64,000 bases of DNA from Sminthopsis crassicaudata (taxonomy: Eukaryota). The position numbers were made by a program, and so were the translations under genes. This document shows, in pieces, positions 10,790-23,100 of this stretch (position 1 is its first letter; every line of letters begins with the position of its first letter). Below the pieces are notes generated by a model. The model did no database searches. It had not been told where the DNA came from and was given only the letters and a program-made list of their open reading frames with translations. Where the stretch lies: NCBI RefSeq assembly GCF_048593235.1, contig NC_133617.1, positions 714,096,958 to 714,160,957 on the forward strand, given 5' to 3'.

Positions 10790-13375
10790 GAGGGAAACAA
10801 TTGTCTGGCCTAAAACAACTTAGAAAATTGTCAGGAACTGACCTAGAAAATAAATTGACTAGAGATAAATAATTATTGAATTATCTGAAAATCATTTGGA
10901 ATAAAAAATCTAGACATTGTTTTTGAAAAAATTATTAAAGAAAAGTGCCATGATATCCTAGAATCACAAAGTAAAATAGAAATTGTGAGAATTCACTGAT
11001 CATCTTCTGAAAGATATGGCCAAATGAAAACTCCCAGGAATATTGTAGCCAAATTCCAGAGCTACCGGGTCAAAAAGAAAACATGACAAGCAATCAAAGA
11101 AGAAATTCAAATATCATGGAGTCACAGTCCACATAAGTTAGCAGCTTTTACATAAAGAATCAAAGGGCTTAGAATATGATATTCTGGAGTCCAAAGGAGT
11201 TAAGATTATAATGGAGAATCACCTACTCAGCAAAACTTTCCTTCAGGGGAAAAAAATGGATATTTAATGAAATAGAAGACTTTCAAGCATTCCTGATTAA
11301 AAGACCACAATGAATAGAACATTTTATTTTCAAATAAAAGACTGAAGAGAAGCATAAAAAGATAAACAGAAAAAGAAATCATAAGGGGATTAATAAGATT
11401 AGGCTGTTTACATTCCTATATGGCAAAGATGATAGTTGTAATTCCTAAAACCTTAATTATTAGTAAGGTAGTTAGAAAAAGTATGCAACAAGGGGATGGG
11501 TATAAGTTGATTGTGATGGGATAATATCCAAAAAAAAATTCAAATTAAAGGATGAGAAAGAGGGAGGCTCCTGGAGGAAGTGGAAGGGAGAAATAGAATG
11601 GTGTAGAATCAGGAGTTCTCAAACTATGGTCTGTGGGCCAGATGCTGCCGGTGAGGATGTTTATGAGGCCTGCCAGGTTATGGCAAATGGGCTGAGGGGC
11701 GGAGCCAGAGTGTGAGTTTTTGTTTTTACTATAGTCCGGCCTCCCACCGTCTGAGGGACAGTGAATTGGCCCCCTATTGAAAAAGTTTGAGGACCACTGC
11801 ATTATCTGACATAAAAGAGGCAAAAAGAGGAGGGAAAAATCAGGAGGGTTGGACAGTGTTTGAACTTCACTTTCATTGGAATTGCCTAAAAGAAGAAATG
11901 ACATGCACACTCAATTGGGCATAGAACTCTATCTATCTTATCCTATAGGCAAAGGAAATAAAAGAAAAAAAAAAGATCGGGGACTGATTGAAGAGAGTGT
12001 GGATTTAGGGAAGCAAGGTCAGAAGCAAAATACTTTTGAGATGGGAAAGTATGAAAGGAGAGAGATGGTAAATAGAAAAAAAAAAAAGTTGGATAGAGGG
12101 AAATACTCAGTAATCCTAACTGTGAATGTAAATGGGATGAACTCATTTATAAAGCAGAAGCAAAGAGCAGAGTGGATTAAATGATTTAGACATAAAGAGT
12201 GATACCATAAGCAAACTAGGGGAACAAGAAATAATTTAGCTGTCAGATTACAGATAATGGAAGAAGCAAGGACCAAACTAGGGATAGAAAGCATTTTATG
12301 ATATGAAATGGATTATTTTGGTTACATTAAATTAAAAGGTTTTGCACAAACAAAACCAAGGCTTACAAGATTGGAAGGAAAGAAGGAAATGGGGATAGGG
12401 AGGATTACAGTAAGTTTCTCTGATAAAGGCATCATTTTTCAAATATATAATGAATGGAGTCAATTTTATAGAAAAACAAATGATTTCCCAATTGCTAAAT
12501 AATCAAAGGATATGAAAAGGAAGTTTTCAGAAGAAAACATCAAAATTATCTATAGTTATATAAAAATGTTCTAAATCATTATTGAGTAGAGAAATGCAAA
12601 TAAAACAACTCAGAATTCTGCCACTCTAAAGTGACAGCAAATGAAAATTACAAATGTTGGAGGGAATGTGAGAAATTTGAGATATTAATGCTTTGTTGGT
12701 AGAGTTGAAAAATGATCTAACTTCTCTAGAGAGCAATTTAATACTATGCCCAAAGGGCTACAAAAATTGTACATATCACTACTACCAGGTCTGTATTCTA
12801 AAGAGATTTTTTTTTTAAAGGAAAATAACTTAGTTGTACAAAAGTCTTTTTAGCAATTCTTTTTGCAATGGCAATAAACTAGAAATTGAGGATCTTCCCA
12901 TTTGTTGGGGAATGGTTGAACAAGTTTTGGTATATGATTATGATAGAATGTAATAGTGCTATAAGAAATGGTGAGCAGTATGCTTTCAGAAAAACCTGGA
13001 AAGACTTACATGGATCAATGCAAAGTGAAGTGAGAAAAACCAGGAGAACATTGTCTATAATAAAATCAAAATCATATGATATAAATAACTTAGCTAGTCT
13101 CAACAATGTAATGATCAAAGAATTCTGAAGGATTTATGATGAGTCTGAATGTGGATTGAAACATTTTTTTAAAAACTTTGATTTATTTTATTTTGTTTTT
13201 TTGGTCTGTTTTCTTTCATAATGTGACTAATATGGGAAATATATTTGATATCACTGCACATGTATTGAATTGATAACCTTCCAGGGGGAGGGGAAGAAGG
13301 AACATAGAGAATTTGGAAGTCAAACTTTTAAAAAAAAAAGGTTTTTTTGGGAAAAATTTAAATATTAAAAAAACA
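10790..13375 (+). mobile_element. Degraded L1: 3' part of ORF1, ORF2 start, large internal ORF2 deletion, ORF2 end, 3' UTR
   Basis: ILTVNVNGMNS endonuclease start near 12110-12150 joined at about 12182 to post-RT sequence; C-terminal WYMIMIECNSAIRN...WKDLHGSMQSE (ORF 12886-13128). Confidence 0.85.
11610..11799 (+). mobile_element. 190-bp hAT MITE, OposCharlie1 (OC1)-like
   Basis: TIRs CAGGAGTTCTCAAACT and AGTTTGAGGACCACTG (13/16 complementary); subterminal sequence resembles recalled OC1 ends CAGGGGTCCTCAAACTACGGCCCGCGGGCC; interrupts an L1. Confidence 0.75.
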
Positions 13376-14329
13376 TGGAATAGTCTTTTGGATAGCAAGA
13401 ATGAAGGCATTATTTGAAGTTAATGTATTATATATATGAATATACATATCTATATATATGTGTATATCTGCATATGAGAATGTGTATGTTTTGAGAAAAT
13501 CACCCTTTATCAAAAAGGAGAAAAAAGTTTTCTTTGAAGATTGTATTATGTTAATAAAGCTATCAATAATGATTTGACTTCATTAGAGTTATTCAAATAG
13601 AAAAGAAGCTTAAGAAGAAGAGGTATCAGGGGAACAAACAGAAGTTAACCCTTTCATGGAAGGTTGAACTATATTTCTTATATTTTGCCTGATGGAGTTT
13701 TGATGACAAACAATGGCCAAATCAAAGACCTTTATGACATGGTATCAAACTACTGGTCAACTTAAAGGAGACAAGGAATGGAAAAGCCAAATGCTAGATT
13801 TGCTACTTACTATCTGGAAGGTACTTCGATAAGTAACCTTGGTTTCCTTATCTGTAAAATGACTTAGTAAACAAAGATTTTTAGCAATTCTAAATGCAGT
13901 GATCCTATAAGTTCCCAAAGGAACAGGTAGAAAATAAGAATTTGGTGGGATCTGCTCCCTGCTTTGATCTTGACAGAGTTTTGGAGAAAAGGTTTGGAAT
14001 TGGTTGAAAGTAATTATTTTCAGGAACACCAACAGGCCCTTCTGCCTCCCAAAATATTTCCCTTGCCAATTTAACAATGATGCTGGAAATTTCTGCCATT
14101 GCATTTTGGAGAAGTGTAAGTGATTTTCTTAAAGTTCCATTAGGTGAACAGAAGTTTATATTATATAAACTCCTCCATTTAGCATTTCAAGCCAGTAATG
14201 AACTGGCCCCATTGTACCTTTCCAAACTATTAGAACTTACTTCCTTTCACAAACACTATTTATCAGTCAAAATTTTTTTTTTAACAGTTCCTTTTACACA
14301 ACCATTCAACTTCCTTCCTCCATCCCTTT

Positions 14330-14610
14330 GAATGACTGTCCCCCATATCCAGAATGTATTCAGTTAAAAGCTCAGCATCTTAGAATGTCTAGTTATGATT
14401 CAGCTTCAGTTCACTTTTTACAGGAAGCTGTTCTTGATCTCCCCAACTTTCAATATCTTCCCTTGTCTCTCCCATTAATTATTATATATTGATATTGTGC
14501 TTATATTTGCATTGATCTATATTGTATGCAGGGACTTATTTCATTTTGTTTTTATCCTCAGGTCTAGCACAGTGCTTGACATATAGAAGGTGTTTAATAA
14601 ATGCTTGTTA
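14330..14610 (+). mobile_element. L2 3' end
   Basis: Terminal ctagcacagtgcttgacatatagaaggtgtttaataaatgcttg motif. Confidence 0.65.
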
Positions 14611-15104
14611 ATTGTTCAAGATTTTGATAAGAATAATAGATAATTTTGTCAGGGATATTTATATTATTGTTACATAGAGCAGAGAGAAGACCCTTACGGG
14701 ATAAGACCAAGCATAATAAAGTTTGGATTGAGGACCTTTAGGGGGGATGTAAAAGACAGTAGGACGTATGCCTGAGTCAGACAGGATACACAGTAGAGTC
14801 CCTGGGCACCAAGGGATAATGTGGGAACAGCAGGCACCTGGAAGGGAACAGAGAACAAAAATCCTAAAAAGCCCAAAAACCTTAACAAAAATCTATCCTG
14901 AGGATTCCCTGCTTGGTGTCTGTCAGTCTTGTGCTGGGACATCTGGAACGTCAGATTTTATTTTTTCTTAACTTGCCAAAATAGGTAAAAACAAGCTGCT
15001 CAGGCAGAGGACAAGCCTTTTCTTTTTCTCCCTTAATTTTTGGGGGTCTTTTTTAAAATTATGAACCTAACAAAAAGAAATGTGATATTTAAATAATAGC
15101 TTGC

Positions 15105-15305
15105 ATTGTTAGGAAGACCTAGGTTCAAATCCAGTGTCAGACACATTAGTTGTGTGACTCTAAAAAAAGTCACTTAACCCTCTTTGCCTCAGTTTCCTCA
15201 TCTGTAAAATGAACTAGAGAAGAAAATGGCAAAATATTCCAGTATCTTTGTCAAGAAAACCCTAAAGGGGATCACCTAGATTTAGACATGCCTGAAACAA
15301 CTGAC
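15105..15305 (+). mobile_element. Mar1-type CORE-SINE with RTE-derived tail
   Basis: CORE cctcagtttcctcatctgtaaaatg followed by gagaagaaaatggcaaaatattccagtatctttgtcaagaaaacc. Confidence 0.75.
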
Positions 15306-15731
15306 AAAGCATTTATATAGCACTTTATGGTTCTTAAAGGGTTATTTTAGTTAATATGCCTATTTTAGTTAATCCTCACAAAAGTCCTGAAAATAGGCGC
15401 TATTGTCATCACACACAGATGAGGAAACTGAGACTGAAGAGATTGAGTATCTTGCCCAGAGGCATTCAGCTAGTAGGTGTTTGATATAGAATTTGAACTC
15501 AGGACTACCAGACTTCAGGTCCACTGATCTCCATTGAGCCAACTATCAGCCCATTCAGCAGGAAAAAAACACAGTAAGAAAAAAAAAAAGATTGTAATCA
15601 AAACTATAAACTTAGTTATTTTTAACACATAAATTAAATTTAGATAAGTAGTTAAAAAATCACCTTGCTTGTTGAGATTTCCTTTTCAATATCTTTTTTC
15701 TCCCTTCTGTATATGATTAAAATTTTTCATT

Positions 15732-15762
<31 letters not shown>

Positions 15763-17021
15763 GTATAAGAAGATATATTGTGTCTGTGTATACCATCTCT
15801 TTCAACAATCCATTCCTCCCATTCTCTTCCCAATAGAAAGCTTTCTTTGTAATAAGAGTATAATCAAACAATAATCAGCACACTGCCTGTATGGTGAGGA
15901 ATTTTTCTGGATGCAAACAGCCTTATATCAGGCCAGTCATGCCACACCTCCCAGTATTTTAATAGTATTTTATTTCCTCCCATTACATGTTAAGACAATT
16001 TTTAGTTTTCACTTTAACAAGATTTTTTATTCTGAATTTTCCCTCCCTTTTTCCTTTGCACTATCATGTAAAACATTTTCATATTAGTTACAATTATGAA
16101 AGAAGAAACAGAAAAAAAAAACGATAAAAAAATAAAATACATGAAAAAAGTATGCTTCGAGCTGCATTCATAGTCTATCAGTTCCCTATCTGAATGTGGA
16201 CAGCATTTTCCTTTGTACTTGTCCTAGATCACTATGACATTTATGATATTAAACATTAAAGGGTAGAGGTTAATAATGAAAGCTGACTGTTCCTTTTCCT
16301 ATGTCTCTGAGGCCATCTTTCCCTAAATTGTAAATCCACAAGGACTTGAGTTTTTTTCTATTCTCTAAGCACTGTGGAAAGGGTCCCCTGATTTTTCAGG
16401 TCAATCTATCAATCATTTAATAAGCACTTACTTTATTAAGCACTTGTTGGTGCTAAGGTGTTGCTGAGAAGAGCTGAGTCATTCATAGTTAATCATCACA
16501 ATGCTAACACTGTATATAATGTTTTCCTGGCTATGCTCATTTCCACTTTGCATTGGTTCATACAAGTCTTTCCAGATTTTTCTGAAATCTACCTGCTCAT
16601 CATTTCTTATTGCAGAATAATATTCCATTATATTGATATACCGCAGATTGATCAGCCATTTTCCAATCAATGGGCACCTATCTCCTAAATATTTCATATT
16701 TTGCCACCATGAAAAAGGCTGCTATAAATATTTCTGTACATGTAAGTCATTTTGATCTTTTTGGGGTACAGAACTATTAGTGATATTGCTCTATCAAAGG
16801 GCATGCACAGTTTTATAGCCCTTTTGGCATAGTTTCAAATTACTTTCCAGAATGGTTGGATCAGTTCACTACTCACCAACAATGCATTAGTGCCCCAATA
16901 TCTGCCTATCGTCCCCAACATTTATCATTTTCCTTTTTTTTTGGTCATATTAGCCAGTCTGAGAGGTGTCAGGTGGTATCTCAGAGTTGTTTTAATTTGC
17001 ATTTCTCTAATCAATAGTTAT

Positions 17022-17270
17022 TTTAAGTCCGATTCTTCTTGTGCAGCAAAATAACCATATGGATATGTATACATATATTGTATTTAACATATACTTTATA
17101 TTTAATATGTATTGATCTACATGCCATCTGGCAGAGGAGGTGGAGGGGAAGGAGGGCAAAAGTTAAAACAGAAGGTTTTGCAGGAATCAGTGCTGAAGAA
17201 TTACCTACGCATGTATCTTGTAAATAAAAAGCTATAATTAAAAAAAAAAAAAAAAAACAGAAAAAAAAAC
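17022..17270 (+). mobile_element. Younger 5'-truncated L1 3' end nested antisense in L1-A
   Basis: L1 3' UTR ending aataaaaagctataatt plus poly(A); host L1 resumes on both sides. Confidence 0.85.
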
Positions 17271-17768
17271 TGATTTTGAGCACCTTTTTACATGTCTATA
17301 GATGGTTTTGATTTCTTTATCTGAAAACTGCCTGTTCATATCCTTTGGCCATTTATTAGTTGGGGAATGGCCTGTATTCCTATAAAGTTGGATTTCTCTA
17401 TATATTTGAGAAATGAGTCCTTTATTAGATGTGCTTGCTATAAAGATTGTTTTCCATTTTTTTTGCTTTTCCTCTAATTTTGGTTGCATTAATTTTGTTT
17501 GTGCAAAAGCTTTTTAATTTAATAAAGTCAAAATCATCTATTTTATATTTTATAATGTTATCTCTTATTTGGCCATGAACCTGTAATTCATTTAACTTCT
17601 CCTTTAAAATTTGGGATGGTGTATACTTAGTGCACATATGTTTAATATTGATATTATTGATATTACTTCATTATCTGTGGCACTGAAACAGTTTCCTTTC
17701 TTTTCTTTTTTAGTTATTCATGTTTATTTTTGCTTTTGTTTTGTCTGAGATAAAGACTGCTACCCCTG

Positions 17769-17819
<51 letters not shown>

Positions 17820-18447
17820 CATCTGAAGCACAGTATATTCTGCTCTAGTCCCTTATCTTTACTCTGTGTATGACTCTCTGCTTCAAGTGTATTTCATGTA
17901 AGCAACATGTTGTAGAATTTTGGTTTTTTTTCCTCTCCTCTTAGCTTCTGTTTTATGGGATAGTTCATCCCATTCACATTCACAATTAGAGTTACTAACT
18001 GTATATTTCCCTCCATCCTATTTTTCGTCCTGTTTATCCTCTCTCTCAGCCTTTCCCTCCTTAACAGTATTTTATTTTTATCTTTGTCAGAGTTCTCCCT
18101 TCTCCTTTACTTAATATCCTCCCTTCTTTCTTTCCCAATAAGATATATTTCTATATTCAACTCATTGTGTATCTTGTTCACTCTTTGAGCTAATATTGAT
18201 GTGACTAAGGTTCAAGCCATGACTGTTAACCCCTCCCACTTTTTTCATTGTAATAGATTTTTTTGCCCCTCTTCATGTAAAATAATCTACCTCTTCTACT
18301 TATCCTCTCCTCTGCACCCAGCATACTCTTTCTCATTTCTTAGTTCTTTTTTATGTCATTCCCTCATATATTACATACCTTACATCATATCTTTTTATAT
18401 ATTCCTTTTAGCTGTAGTATTAGTGATAACTTTTTAAAAAAAATTAT

Positions 18448-18630
18448 TTTTAACACATATTGCTTTAATCATGTTGGGAAAGAAAAATCAGAACAAAAGG
18501 GAAAAACAATGGGAGAGGAAAAAAAAAAGGAAATGAACATAACATGTGTTGATTTATATTCAATCTTTCATAGTTCTTTTTCTAATGCAGATGAGATTTT
18601 CTATCCAAAGTCTATTGGGATTGTCTTGGA
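18448..18630 (-). mobile_element. L1 3'-end fragment nested near the L1-A ORF1 end
   Basis: Flanked by a diverged direct repeat TAGTGATA-CTTT-AAAAAAATTAT at 18421-18446 and 18631-18654. Confidence 0.7.
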
Positions 18631-20117
18631 TAGTGATATCTTTAAAAAAATTATAAGTATCATCTTTCCATGTAGGGATATAAACAGTTTAGCTCTATTG
18701 AATTCCTTATGTTTTCTTTTCCCTTTTTCCCTTTTAAGGATTCTTTTGGACTTTCAAATCAAATTTTGGAGATAATTTTTTTGCTCACTTCTGGTCTTCT
18801 TGTGAAAATTATAATTTCTTCTATTTCACTGAATGATCATTTTTCTCCCTTGAAGTATTATGCTTAATTTTATTGGGTAAGTGATTCTTAGTTGTAGTCA
18901 TAGCTCTTTTGCCTTCCAGAATATCATGTTCCATGATTTCTGATTCTTTAATATTATAGCTGCTAAGTCCTGTGTAATACTGACTGTGATTCTCCAATAT
19001 ATGAATTGTTTATTTCTGGCCATATGCAGAACTTTTTCCTTGACCTGATAGATCTGTAATTTGGCTCTTGGAAGTTTTATTTTGGGGTTTCTTTCCTGAG
19101 TTGATCAATGGATTATCTAATTGCCTATTTTACCTTCTGGTTCCAGAGTAGTGGGGTAATTTTTCTAAACAATTTCTTTGTCGAAAAAGTCCCCTTTTTG
19201 ATTATGACTTTCAGGTAGTCCAGTAATTCAGACATTATCTTTCCTGGATCTATTTTTCATGTCAGTTGTTTTTCTCATGAGCTGTTTCAAATTTTCTTCC
19301 ATTTTTTTATTCTTTTGAATTTTTATGATTGATTCTTGATGTCTCATGGTGACATTAGCTTCCACTTGTCCCATACTAACTTGTAAGGAGTTGTTTTCCT
19401 CAGTTAGCTTTTGTACTTCCTTTTGTATTTGACCAATAGTACTTTTTAAGGAGTTGTTTTCTTTTTCCAAGCTATTGACTCTCTTTTCATGATTCTCTTG
19501 AATCATTCTTATTTCTTTTTCTAATTTTTCTCCTATCTTTCTTACATAATTTTTAAGCTCTTTTTTGAGTGCTCTTCCATGAGTTCTTTCTGGACTTGAA
19601 ATCACTTCTCATTTTTTTTGTGAGATTTTGCCTATAGGTGTTTTAATGTTATTGTATTCTTATGAGATTGTGTTTTGAACTTCACTCTTACCATAATGGC
19701 TTTTTGTGTTCAGTTTCCTTCTTTCTTTTTCACTTTTTTTTTTTTTTTTTTTTTTTTTGGTTCATTCTTTTTATTTATTTATTTATTAAACTCCTTTCCT
19801 TTGTTTTAAATTTTAGCTCTGCTTCCTAGGGTGTAAAGATCTCTGTCTCAGGTTCCTTGTGCCAGTGACTACAGACCCTGACTATTTACCTGATGCTTCA
19901 TTGATGTTGCCTTGAGACCATGGGGAACTCTTGTGTTTGGTGCTGTGCTGAGGGAATGGGGTGGAGTATGACTAGTGCTGCTGGAGGCTGCAGGAATTTG
20001 TCAACTTATTTGGTGATAGTGCTGGTATCTAGAATATACTGAGATTGATGGGGTGTTTCTGGATTTCCCTGGGGCTACAGTGAAGCATGTGAAGGTCTGG
20101 TCCCTGGAGGCTGCCTG

Positions 20118-23100
20118 TTTTTTTGTTTTTTTTTTTTTTGGTTTGTTTTTTATTTTCAAAATATATGCATATTTTTTCAACATTGACTCTTGCATAACCT
20201 TGTGTTTCAGGTTTTCCTCTCCTTCTCCCACCCCATCCCTTGGATGGCAAGCAATCCAATATATGCTATACATGTTAAAATATATGTTAAATAAAATATG
20301 TGTAAACATCTTAATACAATTCTCAAGTTGTACAAGAAAAATCAGATCAAAAAGGAGAATAAATGAGTAAGAAAACAAAATACAAGTGAACAACAATAAA
20401 AAAAATGAGAATGTTATGTTGTGATCCAGATTCAGTTCTCACAGTCCTTTCTCTAAGTGTAGATGGCTCTCTTCATTATTGGAACTGGTATTAATCATCT
20501 TTGTTGGAAAGAGCTATGCTCATCAGAATTGATCATCATTTAAGCTTGTTGTTGCTCTGCTCATTTCAATTAACATCAGTTCATCTAAATCTTTTCAGGC
20601 TTCTATGAAATCATCCTGCTGGTCATTTCTTACAGAACAATAATATACCATAACATTCATATACTATAATTTATTTAGCTATTCTCCAAGGATGGGTATC
20701 CACTTAGTTACCAGTTTCTTGCCACTACAAAAAGGGCTGCCACAAACATTTTTACACATGTGTGTCCCTTTCCTTCTTTTAAGATCTCTTTGGGATATAA
20801 ACCCAGTAGTAATACTGATGGGTCAAATGGTATGCAGAATTTGATAATTTTTTGAGCATAGTTCCAAACTGCTCTCCAGAATGGTTGGATCTGTTCTCAA
20901 TTCCACTAACAATCAATGTCCCCAGTTTTCCCACATCCCCTCCAACATTCATCATTTTCTTTTCCTGTCATCTTAGCTAATCTAAGAGGTGTGTAGTGGT
21001 ATCTTAGAGGTGTCTTAATTTGCATTTCTCTGATTAATAATGACTTGGAGCATCTTTTCATATGATTAGAAATGGTTTTAATTTCTTCATCTGAAAATTG
21101 TCTGTTCATATTCTTTTACCATTTATCAATTGGAGAATGGCTTGAATTCTTATAAATTTAAGTCAATTCTCTAAATATTTTAGAAATGAGGCCTTTATCA
21201 GAACCCTTAAATGTAAAAATGTAAAAATGTTTTACCAATTTATTCCTTCCCTTCTGATCTTGTCTATATTAGTACAAACCTTTTTAATCTAATAATGGTC
21301 AAAATTATCTATTTGGTGTTCAATTATGTGTTCCTATTCTTCTTTGGACACAAATTCCTTCCTTTTCCGCACGACTGAGAGATAAACTATCCTACTTATA
21401 ATGTCACTTTTTATAGCTAAATCATGAACCCATTTCAATCTTATCTTGGAATATGGTGTTAGGTATGGGTCAATGCCTAGTTTCTTTCATACTACTTTCC
21501 AGTTTTCCCAGCAGTTTTTGTCAAATAGTGAGTTCTTATCCCAAGAGCTGGGATCTTTGTATTTGTCAACTACTAGATTGCTATAGTTATTGACTATTTT
21601 GTCCTGTGAATCTAACCTATTTCACTCATCAACTACTCTATTTCTTAGCCAATACCAAATGGTTTTGATGACTGCTGCTTTATAATATAGTTTTAGATCA
21701 GACCTACAGCTAGGCCACTTTCATTGGCTTTTTTTTTTTTTTTTTCATTAATTCCCTTGAAATTCTTGACCTTTTGTTCTTCCAGATGAACTTTGTTATT
21801 ATTTTTTCTAGGTCTATAAAATAATTTTTGGGAGTTTGATTGGTATGGCACTAAAAAAGTAGATAAATTTAGGTAGTATTGTCATCTTTATTATATTTGT
21901 TCAGCCTACCCATAAGCACTTGATATTTTCCAACTGATTAGATCTGACTTTATTTGTGAGGAAAGTGTTTTGTAGCTGTGTTCATATAGTTTCTGATTTT
22001 CCCTTGGCAAATAGATTCCCAAATATTTTATACTATCAACAATTATTTGGAGTAGAATTTCTTTTTGTATTTCTTGCTGCTGGACTTTGTTGGTAATATA
22101 TAAAAATGTGATGATTTATGTGGTTTTATTTTGTATCCTACAATTTTGCTAAAGTTGTGAATTATTTCTAATAATTTTTGTAGTTGATTTTCCATGGTTC
22201 TCTAAGTATACTATCATATCATCTGCAAAGAATGATAATTTGTTTTCCCCATTACCTACTCCAATTCCTTTAATCTCTTTTTCTTCTCTTATTGACGAAG
22301 CTAGAGTTTCTAATACAATATTGAATAATAATGGTGATAGTGAGCAGCCTTGTTTCACTCCTGATCCTATTGGGAATGGTTCTAGTTTGTCCCCATTACA
22401 CATGATGCTTGCTGATAGTTTTAAATAGATGCTACTAATCATTTTAAGGAAAAGTCCATTTATTCCTACATTCTCTAGTGTTTTTAAGAGGAATGGGTGT
22501 AGGATTTTATCAAATGCTTTTTTCTGCATCTTTTGAGATAATCATATGATTTTTGTTAGTTTGGTTATTGATATAGTCAATTATGCTAATAGTTTTCCTA
22601 ATATTGAACCAGCCCTGCATTTCTGGTATAAATCCTACTTGGTCATAATATATTATCCTAGGGATGACTTTCTGTAATCTTGTTGCTAATATTTTATTTA
22701 AGATTTTTGCAACAGTATTAATTAGGGAAATTGTTTTATAATTTTCTTTCTCTGTTTTCACCTTACCTGGTTTAATTATCAGCACCATATCTGTGTCATA
22801 AAAGGATTTTGATAGGACTCCTTCTTTCCCTATTTTTTTCAAATAGTTTATATAGAATTGGAATTAATTGTTCTTTAAATGTTTAGTAGAATTCACATGT
22901 AAGTCCATCTGATCCTGGAGATTTTTACTTAGGGAGTTGATTAATAGCTTATTCTATTTTGTTTTCTAAAATGGGACTATTTAAATAATTTATTTCCTCT
23001 TCTGTTAATCTGGGCAAGCTATACTTTTATACATATTCCTCCATTTCATTTAGATTATCAAAATTATTGGCATATAGTTGGGCAAAATAACTCCTAATTA

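Larger units (their letters stand above)
15965..20110 (-). mobile_element. Old L1 (L1-A): 3' UTR, ORF2 C-terminus, about 2.5 kb ORF2 deletion near 17580, ORF1 and 5' UTR; interrupted by several insertions
   Basis: ORF2 fragments (16479-16697, 17238-17489), ORF1 coiled-coil ORF 19228-19605; colinear with L1-B in this window. Confidence 0.85.

Noticed and set aside
17769-17815. ~46-nt poly(T) that could mark a separate retro-insertion
   Set aside because: L1-B has a shorter T run at the homologous position (about 24072-24084), so this is homopolymer expansion
19228-19605. 125-aa coiled-coil ORF as a possible domesticated gene
   Set aside because: It is a fragment of L1 ORF1 bounded by disabling mutations; no sign of selection visible
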